64,000 bases of DNA, taken from the NCBI RefSeq assembly GCF_009914755.1, contig NC_060929.1, one strand, 5' to 3'. How positions within the stretch are numbered: position 1 is the first letter of the stretch; the number at the start of each line of letters is the position of its first letter. Origin of the DNA: the human T2T-CHM13v2.0 reference genome, Homo sapiens. The position numbers were made by a program, and so were the translations under genes. Of the stretch, positions 14,201 to 27,624 are shown one piece after another. Below the pieces are notes generated by a model. The model ran no database searches and was not told the DNA's origin. It saw nothing but the letters and a program-made list of their open reading frames with translations.

Positions 14201-16262
14201 GGACTGGGAGAAATGTAAAGCTAAGAGCTGGGAGATCTAGTGGACACTAGCACAAAACTTTAAAAGGAAAATGCAACTTCTAAGCAGCACGCAAGTGAGT
14301 TGTAAGTCTCTCATGATGTGTGTCTCCAGAAACCCAACTGATCTCAGTATGATTGATATATGAGAATGACCTTGAGGTAGGTGTGAGACTAGTGTTTTTT
14401 TGTTGCTTGCTTGTTGTTTTCATGACTTAAAGGAAAGTAGTTCGAGGTGTCAGTTGCTGTACTGCTAATCTTCTCTAGGCCAGCGTGAGCTGAGCACTAA
14501 GCTGGAATTCCTGCCTGTCTTTGACAGATTACTAAAATAGCTGCCCTCGGAAGGCTGGTGCTTTTGGGTGTAACTTACTCATTTGCTGCATCCTCCGCAT
14601 TGCTCCCTAGATCTGCCACTTTCCTCATCAGGGCTACTGCCACAATGTTAGCATCAGATCTGCTTAATGTCACTCTCCTGTAAATGGACCACAGTAAACA
14701 TATTGGGCAGTCTACAAGAAACGCTGGAGATGAACAATTTAGCCTTAATATCTGTCAGTGAGAGCAGGGACCATCTGGACAAGGCAGTTAATGATCAGCA
14801 TTACAGCAGCATGCATTGCTAGGCTTAGCTATAATCTCTGGGCCTCAGTTTAACAAATGTAGGGGAACTGAGAGGGAATTTGAGCAATACAGCAAAAGAT
14901 CCCCCAAGGTCCTGAAAGAATGAAAAAAGATTGAGTCTCACCTGGCAGTAACTAAAATATCCACACATTGTCACTCTCAAACAACAGACACAGCCCAGTT
15001 TAGGGCAAAAGCGAAGAGGATTAAGGTTAACTGCTTTGGAAATTTAAATATTCCTCTTTTTCCCTGCCCTCCTCCCCTCCCCACCCACCCAAAAAAGAGA
15101 GAGCTTTTGCCAGCATTACTCAGACACCTGAAATCTGCTGTTGACCATAGAGAATCAATTAATTCTTGCTGGGGCTCATGATGTAGGCTGGTAAAAAGAA
15201 CCCCTATTTATTTATTAGCTTTAGCCTTTGGATGAGCTCTAGGAAGAAGAGTGCAGGAAGGAGAGAAGCTTTTATCCGGACAAAGGCGAAAGATTGAGAT
15301 TCATTGGAAATAGTCCTAAAGGTCAAGGGGAAGTGGCCCCAATCATAAAAACCCATTCCTAAAAAAGTACATTTAATGTTTTCAAAAATTAATGCTACAA
15401 TGGTTTTAGTGATAGGTCATTTTATTCATTATGCTGAAATTGAGTTTCAAAAGCATTATCCATTTTGTTTTTCAGGAACTAAAGAAGTAGAGAAAACATT
15501 TCACAACATTTTGGTGGTTTTGTTTGCTTTTTTTCTTCAAGATTTTAGTTATCAGAACCATGAGTTTAAACAATAACAAGAAAAATGCAACTTTATATAC
15601 ACAGTCAGAACTTCCTCATTTCAAAATGAAATAAGTATTATTGAGTTTGCGATTAGGTCTTAAGCATTTATCTATGCATTTAACAGGAAACTTTCCAGGA
15701 ACATTTGCACAAGCCGAACAGCCACATGTCATCTACATACATCAAGGATGGAAAACACCTTGTTTGCCTGCTACCACTGTCCCCATGGCATTTCCCATGG
15801 CAAACTTTCTTAATTGTCCATAACCCTGTTTCCCAGTGCACTCAAAGAGAGCTTCACAATCCTTCTTAACACATCCAGTTGCAATCCTTGTCTCAGGAGG
15901 CAAGCTGAATCTATTTTTATTTATATCAGACATACTATAAGTTCCAGGGAAAATATTTCAGATGGGAAAAATATAGGAAGAAAAGAAGGAAAAAATGAAT
16001 TATTTAGTGCTTGTTATATATAAAATGTTTACTTTATGTACCTTATGTATTTAGCTCTCACAACAACACTTATGTATTTGATTTACCAACAAGTCAAAGG
16101 CCGAGAACCAAAAGCAACTTAAAGTCCTCCCACCCTCCTTCATGTGATTATAATATAAATTAGTTTTACTATTCCATAAAAAGTAGAGGAGATGATTTGG
16201 AAAAAAAAAATTTAAAGTATACCATGTCCTCTAGCAATTATATCAGGTATCAAAAACCTGGC

Positions 16263-16425
16263 AAGAGAAGAGAAGAGAGAAGAGAAGAGAAGAAAAGAGA
16301 AGAGAAGAGAAGAGAAGAGAAGAGAAGAGAAGAGAAGAGAAGAGAAGAGAAGAGAAGAGAAGAGAAGAGAAGGAGAGGACAGGAGAGGAGAGGAGAGGAG
16401 AGGAGAGGAGAGAAGAGAAGAGAAG
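16263..16425. repeat. Compound pentanucleotide microsatellite (AAGAG)n(AGGAG)n
   Basis: Directly visible; explains the ORFs at 16197-16499 and 16212-16529. Confidence 0.97.
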
Positions 16426-16565
16426 GCATTAAAGAAAATGTGTGTGTAGCTTTTATTCAACGAAAATGGAACAAACAACACCACTTGGAGTGCCCATGAG
16501 GCTATGATTATCCTAAGTCCAAGTACCAAGAGTGCAGTTAAAAATAAGAAGGAAGAAGAAAATCA

Positions 16566-16713
16566 AGTTGGGTACAGTGGCTCACATCTTTGGGAGGCTT
16601 AGGCAGGAGGATAGCTTGAGCCCAAGAGGTTGAGGCTGCAGTGAGCTGAGACTGCACCACTGCACTTCAGCCTGGGTGGCAGGGCCAGACCCTGTCTCAA
16701 AAAAAGAAAGAAA
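16566..16713 (+). mobile_element. Alu monomer (FRAM-like)
   Basis: gcttgagcccaagaggttgaggctgcagtgagc...gtctcaaaaaa. Confidence 0.85.
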
Positions 16714-17689
16714 ACTACTCCATCTACATGTCCATCTCATGAGTCTTCCAACCCTTCCTGAAAACTCTTGGACTCTCCTCACAGACTGCAGATTTTCTGA
16801 AAGCATCCACTCTTTATCAACACTCTACTCTTCCCGTGTTCAGCTTCAGAGATGAGAAGAGTGCTGCCTGAAATTCCTCCAGTAGTAGAAACCCCAGTTC
16901 TATGATTGGACTAACAGCTGAAAACACTTCCTCAGGACACCATGGAGACTGAGGTCCTTTTCCATTTCTTACAAAAAATCAACATCCTTTACTTTGGAAT
17001 TTTCTGTAACTTTGCCATCTAAAAGGAATGATGCTTCACAGCATTGGTGCCTTTCATAGTGGGCTTTTGCAAATTTTTACCAGTAAATTGTTTTTACAGG
17101 TGAGGAGCTGAGGTTCCCAGGGGTTAGATAACTCACTCCATGCTACACGGCTAGTGAGGGTTTGCTCAGCATTTAAACCCAAATTTGCCCATTTCCAAAA
17201 AAAAAAAACAAAAGCAAAAAACATGCATTTTTATTTACACAATGGTAGCAAGTAGACTTCTATGAACTTAGAGATAGACACTGTCAATTCAAAGACACTT
17301 TGGACTGCTCTCTGCTAATTGTGTTCATTGTACATAAATCCACTCCTGGCCTCTTCAACCATAAGTTTTGATTTCAAGGGATCTGCCCCATAGAACCTTC
17401 AAGCATGGCCTTAGTCTTATAACCATTTTCTGGTCCCTCGAATACTAACAAATCACATTTGTAGCACTTCATAATTTAATAAAAGTAAATTATCCCTCAA
17501 AAGTAAGGAATCGTATCCACTTCTTAATGACTGAGAAAGAATTAAATGTCCTGCCCAAGATCACAGATAAGGAAAAGCTCAAGACTTGAACCTAAACTTG
17601 TGATGACCATTTCAAACTTTCTTCTATTAAATTATGCTATTAGGTAAGTTTGATATTCACCAGAAGAGAGACAGAGATAAAGAGTAATG

Positions 17690-18480
17690 AGAGTTGAAAG
17701 GGCCAAATCAGGAATGAGTTATTGATGTGGTGGCATTTGAACTGTCTTTAAAAAGAGTGTTTTAACATGTAGATATAGGTGGAGAGGAATTTCAAGTAAA
17801 AATGAGGATAAACAAAAAGACTTAACAAAGAATAATAGATCTGGGAAGGGACTAATAAGTTCTATGTATCTAGAGCAAAAATAAAGTAGGTTAGTGCCAG
17901 ATTACAAAGGAGGACATAATTCATCTCAAGAATATTTTTCTTTGGGTAAACGGTTTTTGAAAAGATACTATAATGAACAATTTTATGTTTTGGGAAGATA
18001 TTTTACTTGAAGCCATGCAAACACTAGGTTAGAAATAGCAGGGGGAAAAAACAAGGTGTCTGGTGCTAATCCAGTGAGAAATTAAGTGAGTCTGAAATGA
18101 AGCAGAGGCTCTGTGGGAATGGAGGCCCTGAGGAGGATGGAGGACAGGAGCAAAAGAGAAGAGCTTGTGGAAGAGTTTGAGGTGCCTGGTATGAGCATCA
18201 GGATGACTCGTGAGGTAATTAGCTGACGTCGGTGATTTAAGTAATTTAGGGAGAAAATTAATTAGCTTGGCTTTGAACTTACTGAATTTAGGTGCCTTCA
18301 TCCCACCAGTCTGTTGGAAATATGGAAGTACAGCACACAGTGTCAAATGAGAGTAGACAAATAGATAAATGCTGGAGTCACTACTTAATAGGTGCTATGC
18401 ACAGACAACAACAAATAGTGTATTTGGCCCTGAAAATGGTACCCAAAGAGGAAGTTTTGAAAAATCTTGTTGAAGACTTG
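17690..18480 (-). mobile_element. Degenerate L2 LINE fragments
   Basis: L2-like motifs (ggcatttgaactg, aatccagtgaga, gatgactc, tagataaatgctggagtc); boundaries approximate. Confidence 0.5.
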
Positions 18481-20893
18481 ATGTGAATGTGAAGAGCTTT
18501 GTTGGCTTAAAGGGCTTGGAGTTTTATTATAGCAAGCCATTGTGTGTCATATTTGGTTGTGAAGGTTGGAGACCATGCCATTAATACCAAGAGCTGGAAG
18601 AAGGTGAGTTTGGGAGTGTTCTGTGAGCACACAAGTGAAAAACAAGTACAGAAGGTGCTGTGGCTGCTGGCCTCATGCGCAGCCTGCAAATTCTCCTTCT
18701 CAGTTATAATAACAGCACTCAGCCGTGTGGCACGTTTTCACTCTTGGAAAGAAGTTTATTTCCAAAATTAGGTTTTTCTTCTAAAAGGTTTTTGAGTCCT
18801 ACGAGATAATTAGGAAACCATGCCTCAAAACAGAATCTGACGTAACCCGCTTTGTTTTCACTTTCAGAGGATGGTTTTTCAGAGTTTGTCAGACTTTCAA
18901 GCTCTGAGACAGGCCAAAAAAAATTTTTTTTTCAAAATTTCAGGGTAGGGACCATGACTGGTAGAACATTTTATTTCTCATGGCACCTAGCTCGAAACTG
19001 TTCACAAATAAATAAATAAAGACAAGTGCAAATCTTGATAATGTCAAAATTATACCTTATTAGCAGGTTATGATGAGGAGTGGGGGAACCTGAGATACCA
19101 GATTTTAACGGGCAGACTTTACATGTAAGGACTAGTTCTCACACAGGTTTTGTTGATACTGCAAAACTTCCAATTGCTAGAACTTTTTTTTTTTCATCTA
19201 TTTGAAGCAAATGCTAAGTGAAAAGTGACAGGATGCTACGCCTTCAAGATAGGTCTGTGCCTGTTGGAGAAGAGTCTGCCATTACGACTGCAACAGCACT
19301 TCACCAGCTAAGGCTGGCAAAACAGAGGAAAAGCTGTGCCCCACCTGGGAATGAGGAGCGTATTTCTCTTAAGCATCCCAGGGAAAAGAAAAATACCGCA
19401 GTGGCCTGTCCTCAAATTAGATTATAAATGCACAAAGCAGGGCTCCTCTCCATCTTTCAAACTTGATGAGCTCAGAATTGCTGGTGCTGTCCCCTGGCAT
19501 CTTAAACTCGCCCCTTCCTCCTTTCTTATCACATTTCTAAATTCTTCCCTAGGCTTCCAAATCGAACTGGGCCCCATCCCATCTGGGGAGATTTCTTTCA
19601 CCATCTCCATCCAGCCCACTTTCTTCTCTCACTCCTTTAGCTTTACATCCTTCCCTGGGATGTAAGACCACCTGGTATTTGTGCTTCGTGAACTAGCCTT
19701 TTCAAGGCATTGATGTTTTGCTTCCCCAGTAAGGATTGAAGGCAAATAAATAGCATCCCATCTTACTTTGTATAATACCAACAGCCCAGTGAGTACAAAC
19801 TGCTTAACCTGTTCATCTCTTTCCTGAGAATAGATCAAGTTATACATAATCATATGTTAAGTTTTTAAATTCAGCACCCATGTAAAGATAAATTATTTTT
19901 TACTTGGACAATAAGTCATATAACCACTTTCCAAAGCAAATACTTTCTAAAATCAGGGGGGAAAGGGGGACAAATCAATCCCCGATGGGCAGCAGGAGAG
20001 AAGACCGCATATAAAAACAGCATTTATCAGAATCTACATTTTAAACTTTGCAACTGTTGATGGTTTAGGACAGGTTTTCCTTCTGGGCTTCATAAAAACT
20101 GAGACCAGCCAGGAATAACGGGTACAATAAAACAATGAGAATTGTGAGTGTATTCTTCAAAGAGCACTGACTATGCCAGACAACAGCATGTGGGGTTTGT
20201 GGGTGCCACCATCAAGTGATTGAATACTTTTTGAGGCTTATGATTAAAAGTTCTAGAAAATTCTAGGATTATTGTATCTTTAAAAGTCCTGCATCTTGGC
20301 TATGGCCACGTCTTTAAAAAGCATTATAAAATGGAGTTTTATTCTCCCTTCCACGACTCGACTTCGCAGACCACTTGAGTAAAGAGAAGGAGTGGGATGC
20401 TTGTTTTTCTCCTATCCTCTCCTCCAATTAATTTGTCACAGGAGACTTTAGTTTCCCTTGTTGTGTTTTGGCCCCTGGCTCCACCGCAGGCCATGCAGGT
20501 GATGACCCTGGAACAAAATGGGGACATTCTCTGTGCCTAATTGGAAGCAAGTTCACACACCCACTCCTTCTCCAAGGTAGGCCAGCTTCTCACTTCCCCA
20601 CAGCGTTCCTTAAATTTATAGAAAGCAAGAAGAAAATACAAGATTAGCAGAGCAAACCACAGAGCAATGGCACCAAATGGAAGACTGGCCTAAGATCAGT
20701 AGCATTTCTAAGAACTCACAATTATCCCAATAGGAAAAAAAGAAGATAAAATGACAAATATTCCAAAGCAAATTTATGTTTTACCAATATATGTGTTCTG
20801 GTGTTTGAGATCCAAAAGCTGGTTCTTTCTCTTGTAGATTTTCACTGGGAAATTCAAATTTGCTTCCATTCCTTGATAACCCAGAGAGGTAAG

Positions 20894-21364
20894 TGTAATT
20901 GTTTCCTACTGCACCAGTAACAAATTACCACAAGCTTAGTGGTAGTTTATTCTCTTACAGTTTTGGTCAGAAGTCTAAAATCAAGGCACTTGGCACAGCT
21001 GCACCAAGCCTCTTTCTTCTGGAGGGTTTAGGAGAGAATGGGCTTCCTTATTTTTTCCAGCATCTAGTGGCTGCCTACATTCCTTGGCTCATGGTCTCTT
21101 CCTCCAACTTCAAAGCCCATCACTCCAACCTCTGGTTGCATAAGCATATCTTTTCCTCTCTGACTCCAACTCCACTGCTTTCCTCTTATAAGGACCCTTG
21201 GGATCACATTAGATCCACCTGAATAGCCCAAGGTACTCGCCCCATCTCAAGATCCTTAACTTAACCACATCTGCAGTCCCTTTTGCCGTCTTAAGTAACA
21301 TGCTAACAGGATCCAGGTATTAAGACATAGACCTCTTTGGTAGGTAATTATTTAGGCCACCACA
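20894..21364 (-). mobile_element. MLT1 (C/D-like) LTR
   Basis: gtaacaaattaccacaa...ttattctcttacagtt...cttataaggaccct...ccatctcaagatccttaacttaaccacatctgca. Confidence 0.8.
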
Positions 21365-21457
21365 GTAGCCAAATTCAATCTCTGATCAAGTGCATGGACA
21401 GAGAATTCATATAGTGTACAAATAATCAAGATTTGGCTATAATTAATAATCTCAATA

Positions 21458-21820
21458 TGTTACTCAGTTCAGGCTGCTTTACAAAAGTACCATAGACTGG
21501 GTGGTTTATACACAACAAAAATGTATTACTCAATGTTCTGGAGGCCAGAAGTCCAAGATCAGGGTGCCAGCAAGGTCAGGCTCTGGTGAGGGTCCTCTTC
21601 CGTGTGCAGGCTGCAGACTTCTGTACCCGCACCCGTTGGAAAGAAGGTGAATGAGTTCTCTCTGGGGTCCCTTTTATAAGAGCATTAATCCTTTCATGAG
21701 ACCTACACCTCCATAATCTAATTACCTTCCAAAACCCCATTCTCTAATACCATCACATTGGGGGTTAGGATTTCAACATATGAATTTAGTGGGAGAAACA
21801 CAAACATTCAGTCCATAACA
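21458..21820 (-). mobile_element. MLT1A-type LTR
   Basis: accatagactgggtggttta...ggaggccagaagtccaagatcagggtgccagc...caaacattcagtccataaca. Confidence 0.85.
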
Positions 21821-21990
21821 TAGTCTTCAAAAAATAAATCAAATGACACTTTAAATTGCAAGATAACATACCGCTGAACCACAGAGATTTCCAAAATATT
21901 ACTTCTCTTTCTAGCCTCAAGGGTTTTTTCCCTTCTCCTATGTTATTTGGGTGAGGAGAAAAAAGAGAGTATTAAATATAATGGAAAATG

Positions 21991-22298
21991 GGCCTGGTGT
22001 GGTGGCTCATGCCTGTAATCCCACCACTTTGGGAGGCCAAAGCAAGTGGATCACTTGAGGTCAGGAGTTCCAGACCAGCCTGAGCAACATGGCGAAACCC
22101 CTTCTCTGCTAAAAATACAAAAATTAGCCGGGTGTGATGGCAGGCACTGCTAATCCCAGCTACTCATGAAGCTGAGGCAGTAAAATTGTTTGAACCTGGG
22201 AGGCGGAGGTTGCAGTGAGCCAAGATCATGTCACTGCACTCCAGCCTGGGCAACAGAGCAAGACTCTGTCTCAAAAAAAAAAAAAAAAAAAAAAAAAG
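21991..22298 (+). mobile_element. Full-length AluS
   Basis: Dimeric Alu with poly(A). Confidence 0.95.
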
Positions 22299-22320
22299 AA
22301 CAAAAATATATGCATGGGTG

Positions 22321-22364
<44 letters not shown>
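22321..22364. repeat. (GATA)11 tetranucleotide STR
   Basis: Directly counted perfect repeat. Confidence 0.97.
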
Positions 22365-22365
<1 letters not shown>

Positions 22366-23491
22366 GAAAATGGCCAAGTTGGCAGTTTGTATGTGGAAAA
22401 ACTCTCTTCAGAATAACTTGAACTGGAAAAAAAAGAAAACAAAACTTTTTTAAAAAAGACTTTGATGAAACGTTTCAAACTGCAAAAGTGAAATCTATTC
22501 TCTTTTACAGAATTGAATTCTCATATCTTTATGTCCTGGGTACTTCTTTTTCCAAACATATTGTGGTAGTGGAGATATAAGCTCAGGAAACACTAAGCAA
22601 ATTCCAACAGATTAGCAAAGGTGATTTAGATATATTATGTTGATTTAGATATCAACATGCTATGAGAGATTACTTCTACTGATCACAGCAGCTAAGAAGA
22701 CTGAGTATTAATCAGCTAATGTTTGCAGCTCTTGGGGGGACAGAGGTAGTAGATACAAACTAAGAATTATAAAGAGAACAAAAGGAGCATTAGTCAGATA
22801 GGTAGGAATAAGTAAACATCATAAATTAGGGTAATAGCAGGACTCTACATCTTTCTTTCCCTCCTACCTTGAAAGAAACCTGAAACTGAAGCTTAATGCA
22901 TTTCGTGCATATTCACATACATTCATTTAACACATGCTCTATTCAATATTAACTAAAATCAGTTCCCACAATCTTTAAATAAAGTCCAGGATAAAGTCCA
23001 AATAAAGTCTTTAAATTTTAAACCTGTTTAAAATTCTTGGCCTAATCCTTCTAAACTTATTCTATTCATTTGGAAGCCAGTGTGTAATAATGGAAATAAA
23101 ATAGAAATAGGGGGATGCCCAAAAACCAAGGTTTTAGATCTCACTCTTCTGCAACCCCCCTCCATGACTTCAGACAAACCTCTTGTCTCAATGTGCTTCA
23201 ATGGCTTTACCTGTTAAGATAAAATAAAATGTTTAAATTAGTTAAAAATCATATAATTTAGTAAATCAGAACTTGTAATGCATCCTAGATACTGTATAGT
23301 AAATATAATTTCTCCATTGATGATAATTATGCCACCTATACCACAAAACTAGTTGGAACTTGGTAAAAAACAAAATGCAACTCACTTTTTAAAAATATGT
23401 TTGCTCGGGTCACATAGGAAAATATAAGAGATGTCAGTATTATTAGGACTAATAATATTGGATCTTATAAGTATGTTATCTATTAATAATA

Positions 23492-23716
23492 GCAGAGGTT
23501 GGCAAACTCTAGTCACCAGGCCAAATCAGGCCAGCCATCTGTTTTTGTAAGTTTTATTAGAACATTGCAAACATGCCCATTCATTCACATATTGTCTATG
23601 GCTAATTTCAGGCTACAGTGACAGAGTTGAGTCACTGTGATAGAGAAAGTATGGCCTACAAACCCTAAAATATTTACCATCTGTTCATGTACAAAAAAAA
23701 AGTTTCCTGACCCCTA
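23492..23716. mobile_element. MER58A DNA transposon
   Basis: TIR-like ends cagaggttggcaaact ... agtttcctgacccct; internal cctaaaatatttaccatctg. Confidence 0.85.
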
Positions 23717-24776
23717 TCTAATAAAATAAAATGATGCAGGGACAGTGATAAATTCTTTATCTCACATTAAAATCAAATACAATTTTGTAAAGCACAGTTA
23801 AAGTAATTGATTTCTCATTTTATATTTTTTCACATGTTATAGAAAATGTGCTATCTCTTTAGTAAATACTTTGTGATACATTCTTTTAGTTGGTTTTCTT
23901 TTCTGGGAGAGGAGCTAATCTATTACTTTTATTACTGTTAAGGAAGTAAGGATGGAAAACATGCAGCAGGAATAAACAGTCTCCCAAATCTTAATGACTT
24001 GTAACCACAAAGGCTCATTTCTCATGTCCACCGGACCAGCTGGGGGTTCCATGTGTCCTCTCTGTCTCCAGGAACCAAGCTGACAGAACTCTTCCGTGGA
24101 GAAGGACCCATCACTGTGGCAGAGGGAAACCGAGCACAGCAAAATGGCACAAAGTCTTTTAAAGCTTCCACCCAGAGTGAAACATCGACTCCAATCATAT
24201 TTCATTGTTCAAATCAAGTCACATGGTCATGTTGAATCTAAAGAGAATGAGTCAGTCCAGTTCTACCATACGCCCAGAAGGAAGAAAGCCAGATTATCTG
24301 AAACAAACTCTTAGGACAGTCACTGTAACCCAGCCAAAAACAATCTGAAAGAGAGATACAGTTAAAGGGCTCTTGCTTGTGGAGACTGCACCAAAGATGG
24401 TACTACCATAGAAAGCATGACACTGTCATCTCATTGTAATTTACCAATGTCTAGATTCTGTGGCTCTGAGGTCATAGAATATTGGTAAAAGTGCTAAACC
24501 ATTCTTACAAATCCTGTGATAAAGATTTCTTTAGCAGTGTGAAGAATTATTCTTTTGACTGAAATGTTAGGTTTTGGTTTTCTTTTTTCTGAATTCTTGG
24601 GCATTTCTGGATTCCATTTATTTGATATTAATAATAATTCCTTGGTACTTTCCAACACTTAAAAATAGCCACTGAAGTTTACCTCTGAATGTTCTTAATG
24701 TTTATAAAAATTTATATGACACACAAGTAAAACATATTTTTTTAAATCATTTTTCCACTATTAGAAAGTATATTTA

Positions 24777-24913
24777 GGCCAGGCATAGTGGCTTACACCT
24801 GCAATCCCAGCACTCTAGGAGGCCCAGGCAGGAGGATCACTTGAGCCCAGAAGTTTGAGACCAGCCTGGGCAACATAGTGAGACCCCATCTCAAAAACAA
24901 CAACAACAAAAAA
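24777..24913 (+). mobile_element. FLAM_C-like Alu monomer
   Basis: Left-arm monomer with (CAA)n tail. Confidence 0.9.
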
Positions 24914-27624
24914 GAGCATTTAAATCATGGTCTATTTTAGTTTCTAAAATTACTTTCCTGGGTTTTTGAAAGAAAACAACCAAATTAGAATTCACAAATG
25001 ATGTGCCAAGTTATTTTCATTTAAATACCTATTAAAAGGGAATGAATTTGGTTTTACTTAACATGTTGCATTTACCTGTTAGTTACTTAGCATATCAGAG
25101 TGGTCAGACATAAGCAAAGAATTTGTGCCAAGACTCCTTTTTGAAAGTTACATCTTTAAATGCTATTGACCAATACAACTTCCAATGCTACACATCAGAA
25201 AAAAGGATATCAAAACTATAAATCATTTTCAAATTGCAAAAACTAAAAGGAAATTTTTTGTTTAAGGTTAGTCAGATATGGGACTCAGAGACTCCATAGT
25301 AAATCGCTATATTTAGTGAACACTCTTAAACTCTTGTTACAATACAATTAATATTTAGTATGTAGGCATGGAACTATTCTATACCATCAGTATAGGAGTT
25401 TTTTTTTTACAATAATGGCTTAAGGAAAACAATGTATCAATAAAATATATATTGCTTTCTTGGTCAAATATAAGTTGATTCTATTTAATGCAGAAAACAA
25501 GATTATTTTCAGTCTGAGTGTCTTCACTATTGATAAAATAGGCTGTGGATGGGCTCCTCTAGCTAGAAGGACCATATGCACAAGAAACTGCTTGCAGTGA
25601 ACATGACATATGTCATACCATGTGCCAAATACCATCCTAGATCTGGAAGTGACAATTTTCTCATATATACTGGCACTTCAAGCTCTGTAGCTATGGATTC
25701 ATTGCTCCATAAGAGCTCAAATGTGTGTTTCTGAAAAGCTTGGTAGGAGATTTTCTGGCAATTAGCTGTACTACATTTTATATTTCTTATCTAATATCCT
25801 TTAATTAATATGCTTTGTGAACTATTTTTGTTGTGCCTCTCAAAGGTCAGACATGAACTTAAATAATGTACTCTATAATCTTCAGATTTCTAAGGAAAAT
25901 GGAACCATACCCTTAGACAAACAAAACAGATATAAACTTTGTTCCTTTATCTATGAAATTAACCTAGTTTCTCTAGAAAAGGAGGCTAATTCTACTGTCT
26001 CTATGTACCTTATTGTTCTAGTCAATTCACACACACAAAAAAAATCCACATGCTGAATGGCCAACTGCCATATTTATTAACTAATCTATTGATCAAAATA
26101 TTTGTTTTTAAAAAGCAACTACTGATAAAGCTTCTAGCAATATATATGATGGGATGGTTTCTGATATAGTGAGGATTCCTGCAAGGTTTTAGTTGACTGA
26201 TTTTTATTTCAGAATTTTATATGGAAATTTACAGTTTATGCTGATGTTTCTCCAGTTCTTTTATGTCATTTCTGCTTTTAGAAAATGTTGAGATTCATTT
26301 ACTAACTTTCATGTAGTATACCAACATTAGTATGTGATTTCTAGCAATTAATAGCCAACATTTAACGTAGAACATGATTGTTCTTGTCTTTCCCTAATTC
26401 AAATTTCCTGTCTATTTAGCATATTTAAGGTTTTACTATTTTTAAGATTTAACCAAATTCATGTGGGGTTTTTTTAGCCATGTATTGCTCTTTTCACTCG
26501 TGCTTACTGTCTTTCCATTGTTATCATAAGTGGTAGTGATCCCTCCCATGCATTCTCACTTCCTGACCATGACTTTGAAAGGTATGCAAGTTCTGTCTTG
26601 AATCTCTTTACTAACAACTGACACGTCAACACATCACCCTTATTAGAACCCATATTTTTTTGCGTGACATGATTATTTTGGCCTCTTCTGATTTCTGTTA
26701 CGCATGTCTAAAAGTTATTTACTTTTTATTTTTAAAATAAAGTGTAGGTATGTTTACTATTCCACACCAATACCTTCAATTAGTACATAAGCCTTAATTT
26801 GTGTTTCTAGCAACAAAGGTTTACATTTCAATGTGATGTGATTTTTTTCATCTGCTTTTGAATATCCAAAGTTTTTGGCGAATGGATACAATTGGATAAA
26901 TTGTCATGCTGGCTATTTGAAGAATTGGCTATTCACTTACTTGATCATTTATTGGACTGGTTTTGGGTAAATTGGTCTGCTTCCCTAGATCACGAATATC
27001 TGGTAATGAGGAAGGTGGAAGATGTGCATGTTCTATTCACACATATACACATTATGAGTTACTGTATTTTACATTATGAGTTACTGTATTTTTCTGCCTG
27101 CAATTCAAACATTGAATTGAAACTCCAAGTTTCAAGTATTATGCTGGGAAAGCAACATTTCTGCCTCATTTCCCCTAGTTGTCCACTTGGAAGTGTCTCC
27201 CGCAAACAAGTATTTCCAGCTTCACGCCAGATCATGGTTCACCTCAGTGTCAATCAAAGTGGAAAGTCTTAGACCTAGGAGTTCCAGTATGAGGCTTTTT
27301 CTTCTCTGAGAGCAACAGAGATGTGTGGAACAGACAACACTTCTTCCTGCAAGCTGTGACCTCCAGCAGTTAACAGGAATTGCAGTGTAGGACATAGAAA
27401 TGTACAGCTGAGCAACACTAGTGGTTATTCCTAGATTCCGGGGGTAAATGACAAAGTTAAGCCCTTTAGAGGGAGAATTCTCTGGGCCTCACTCAGTCCC
27501 AACCTGGCCCCTCACCTTCTAGCCTCAATCAAGCCACAGAAACCTACCTCATCTCCTTCCAGGTGTTTCTCCTGCTCACCCTGTCCCTCTGGAATCCCTT
27601 TCCTCTAGTCTGAATTTCAGTCCA

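Noticed and set aside
16197-16529. Arg/Glu/Lys-rich and Ser/Leu-rich ORFs
   Set aside because: Translations of the (AAGAG)n microsatellite. The same applies to the ORFs at 9282-9656 and 10872-11264.
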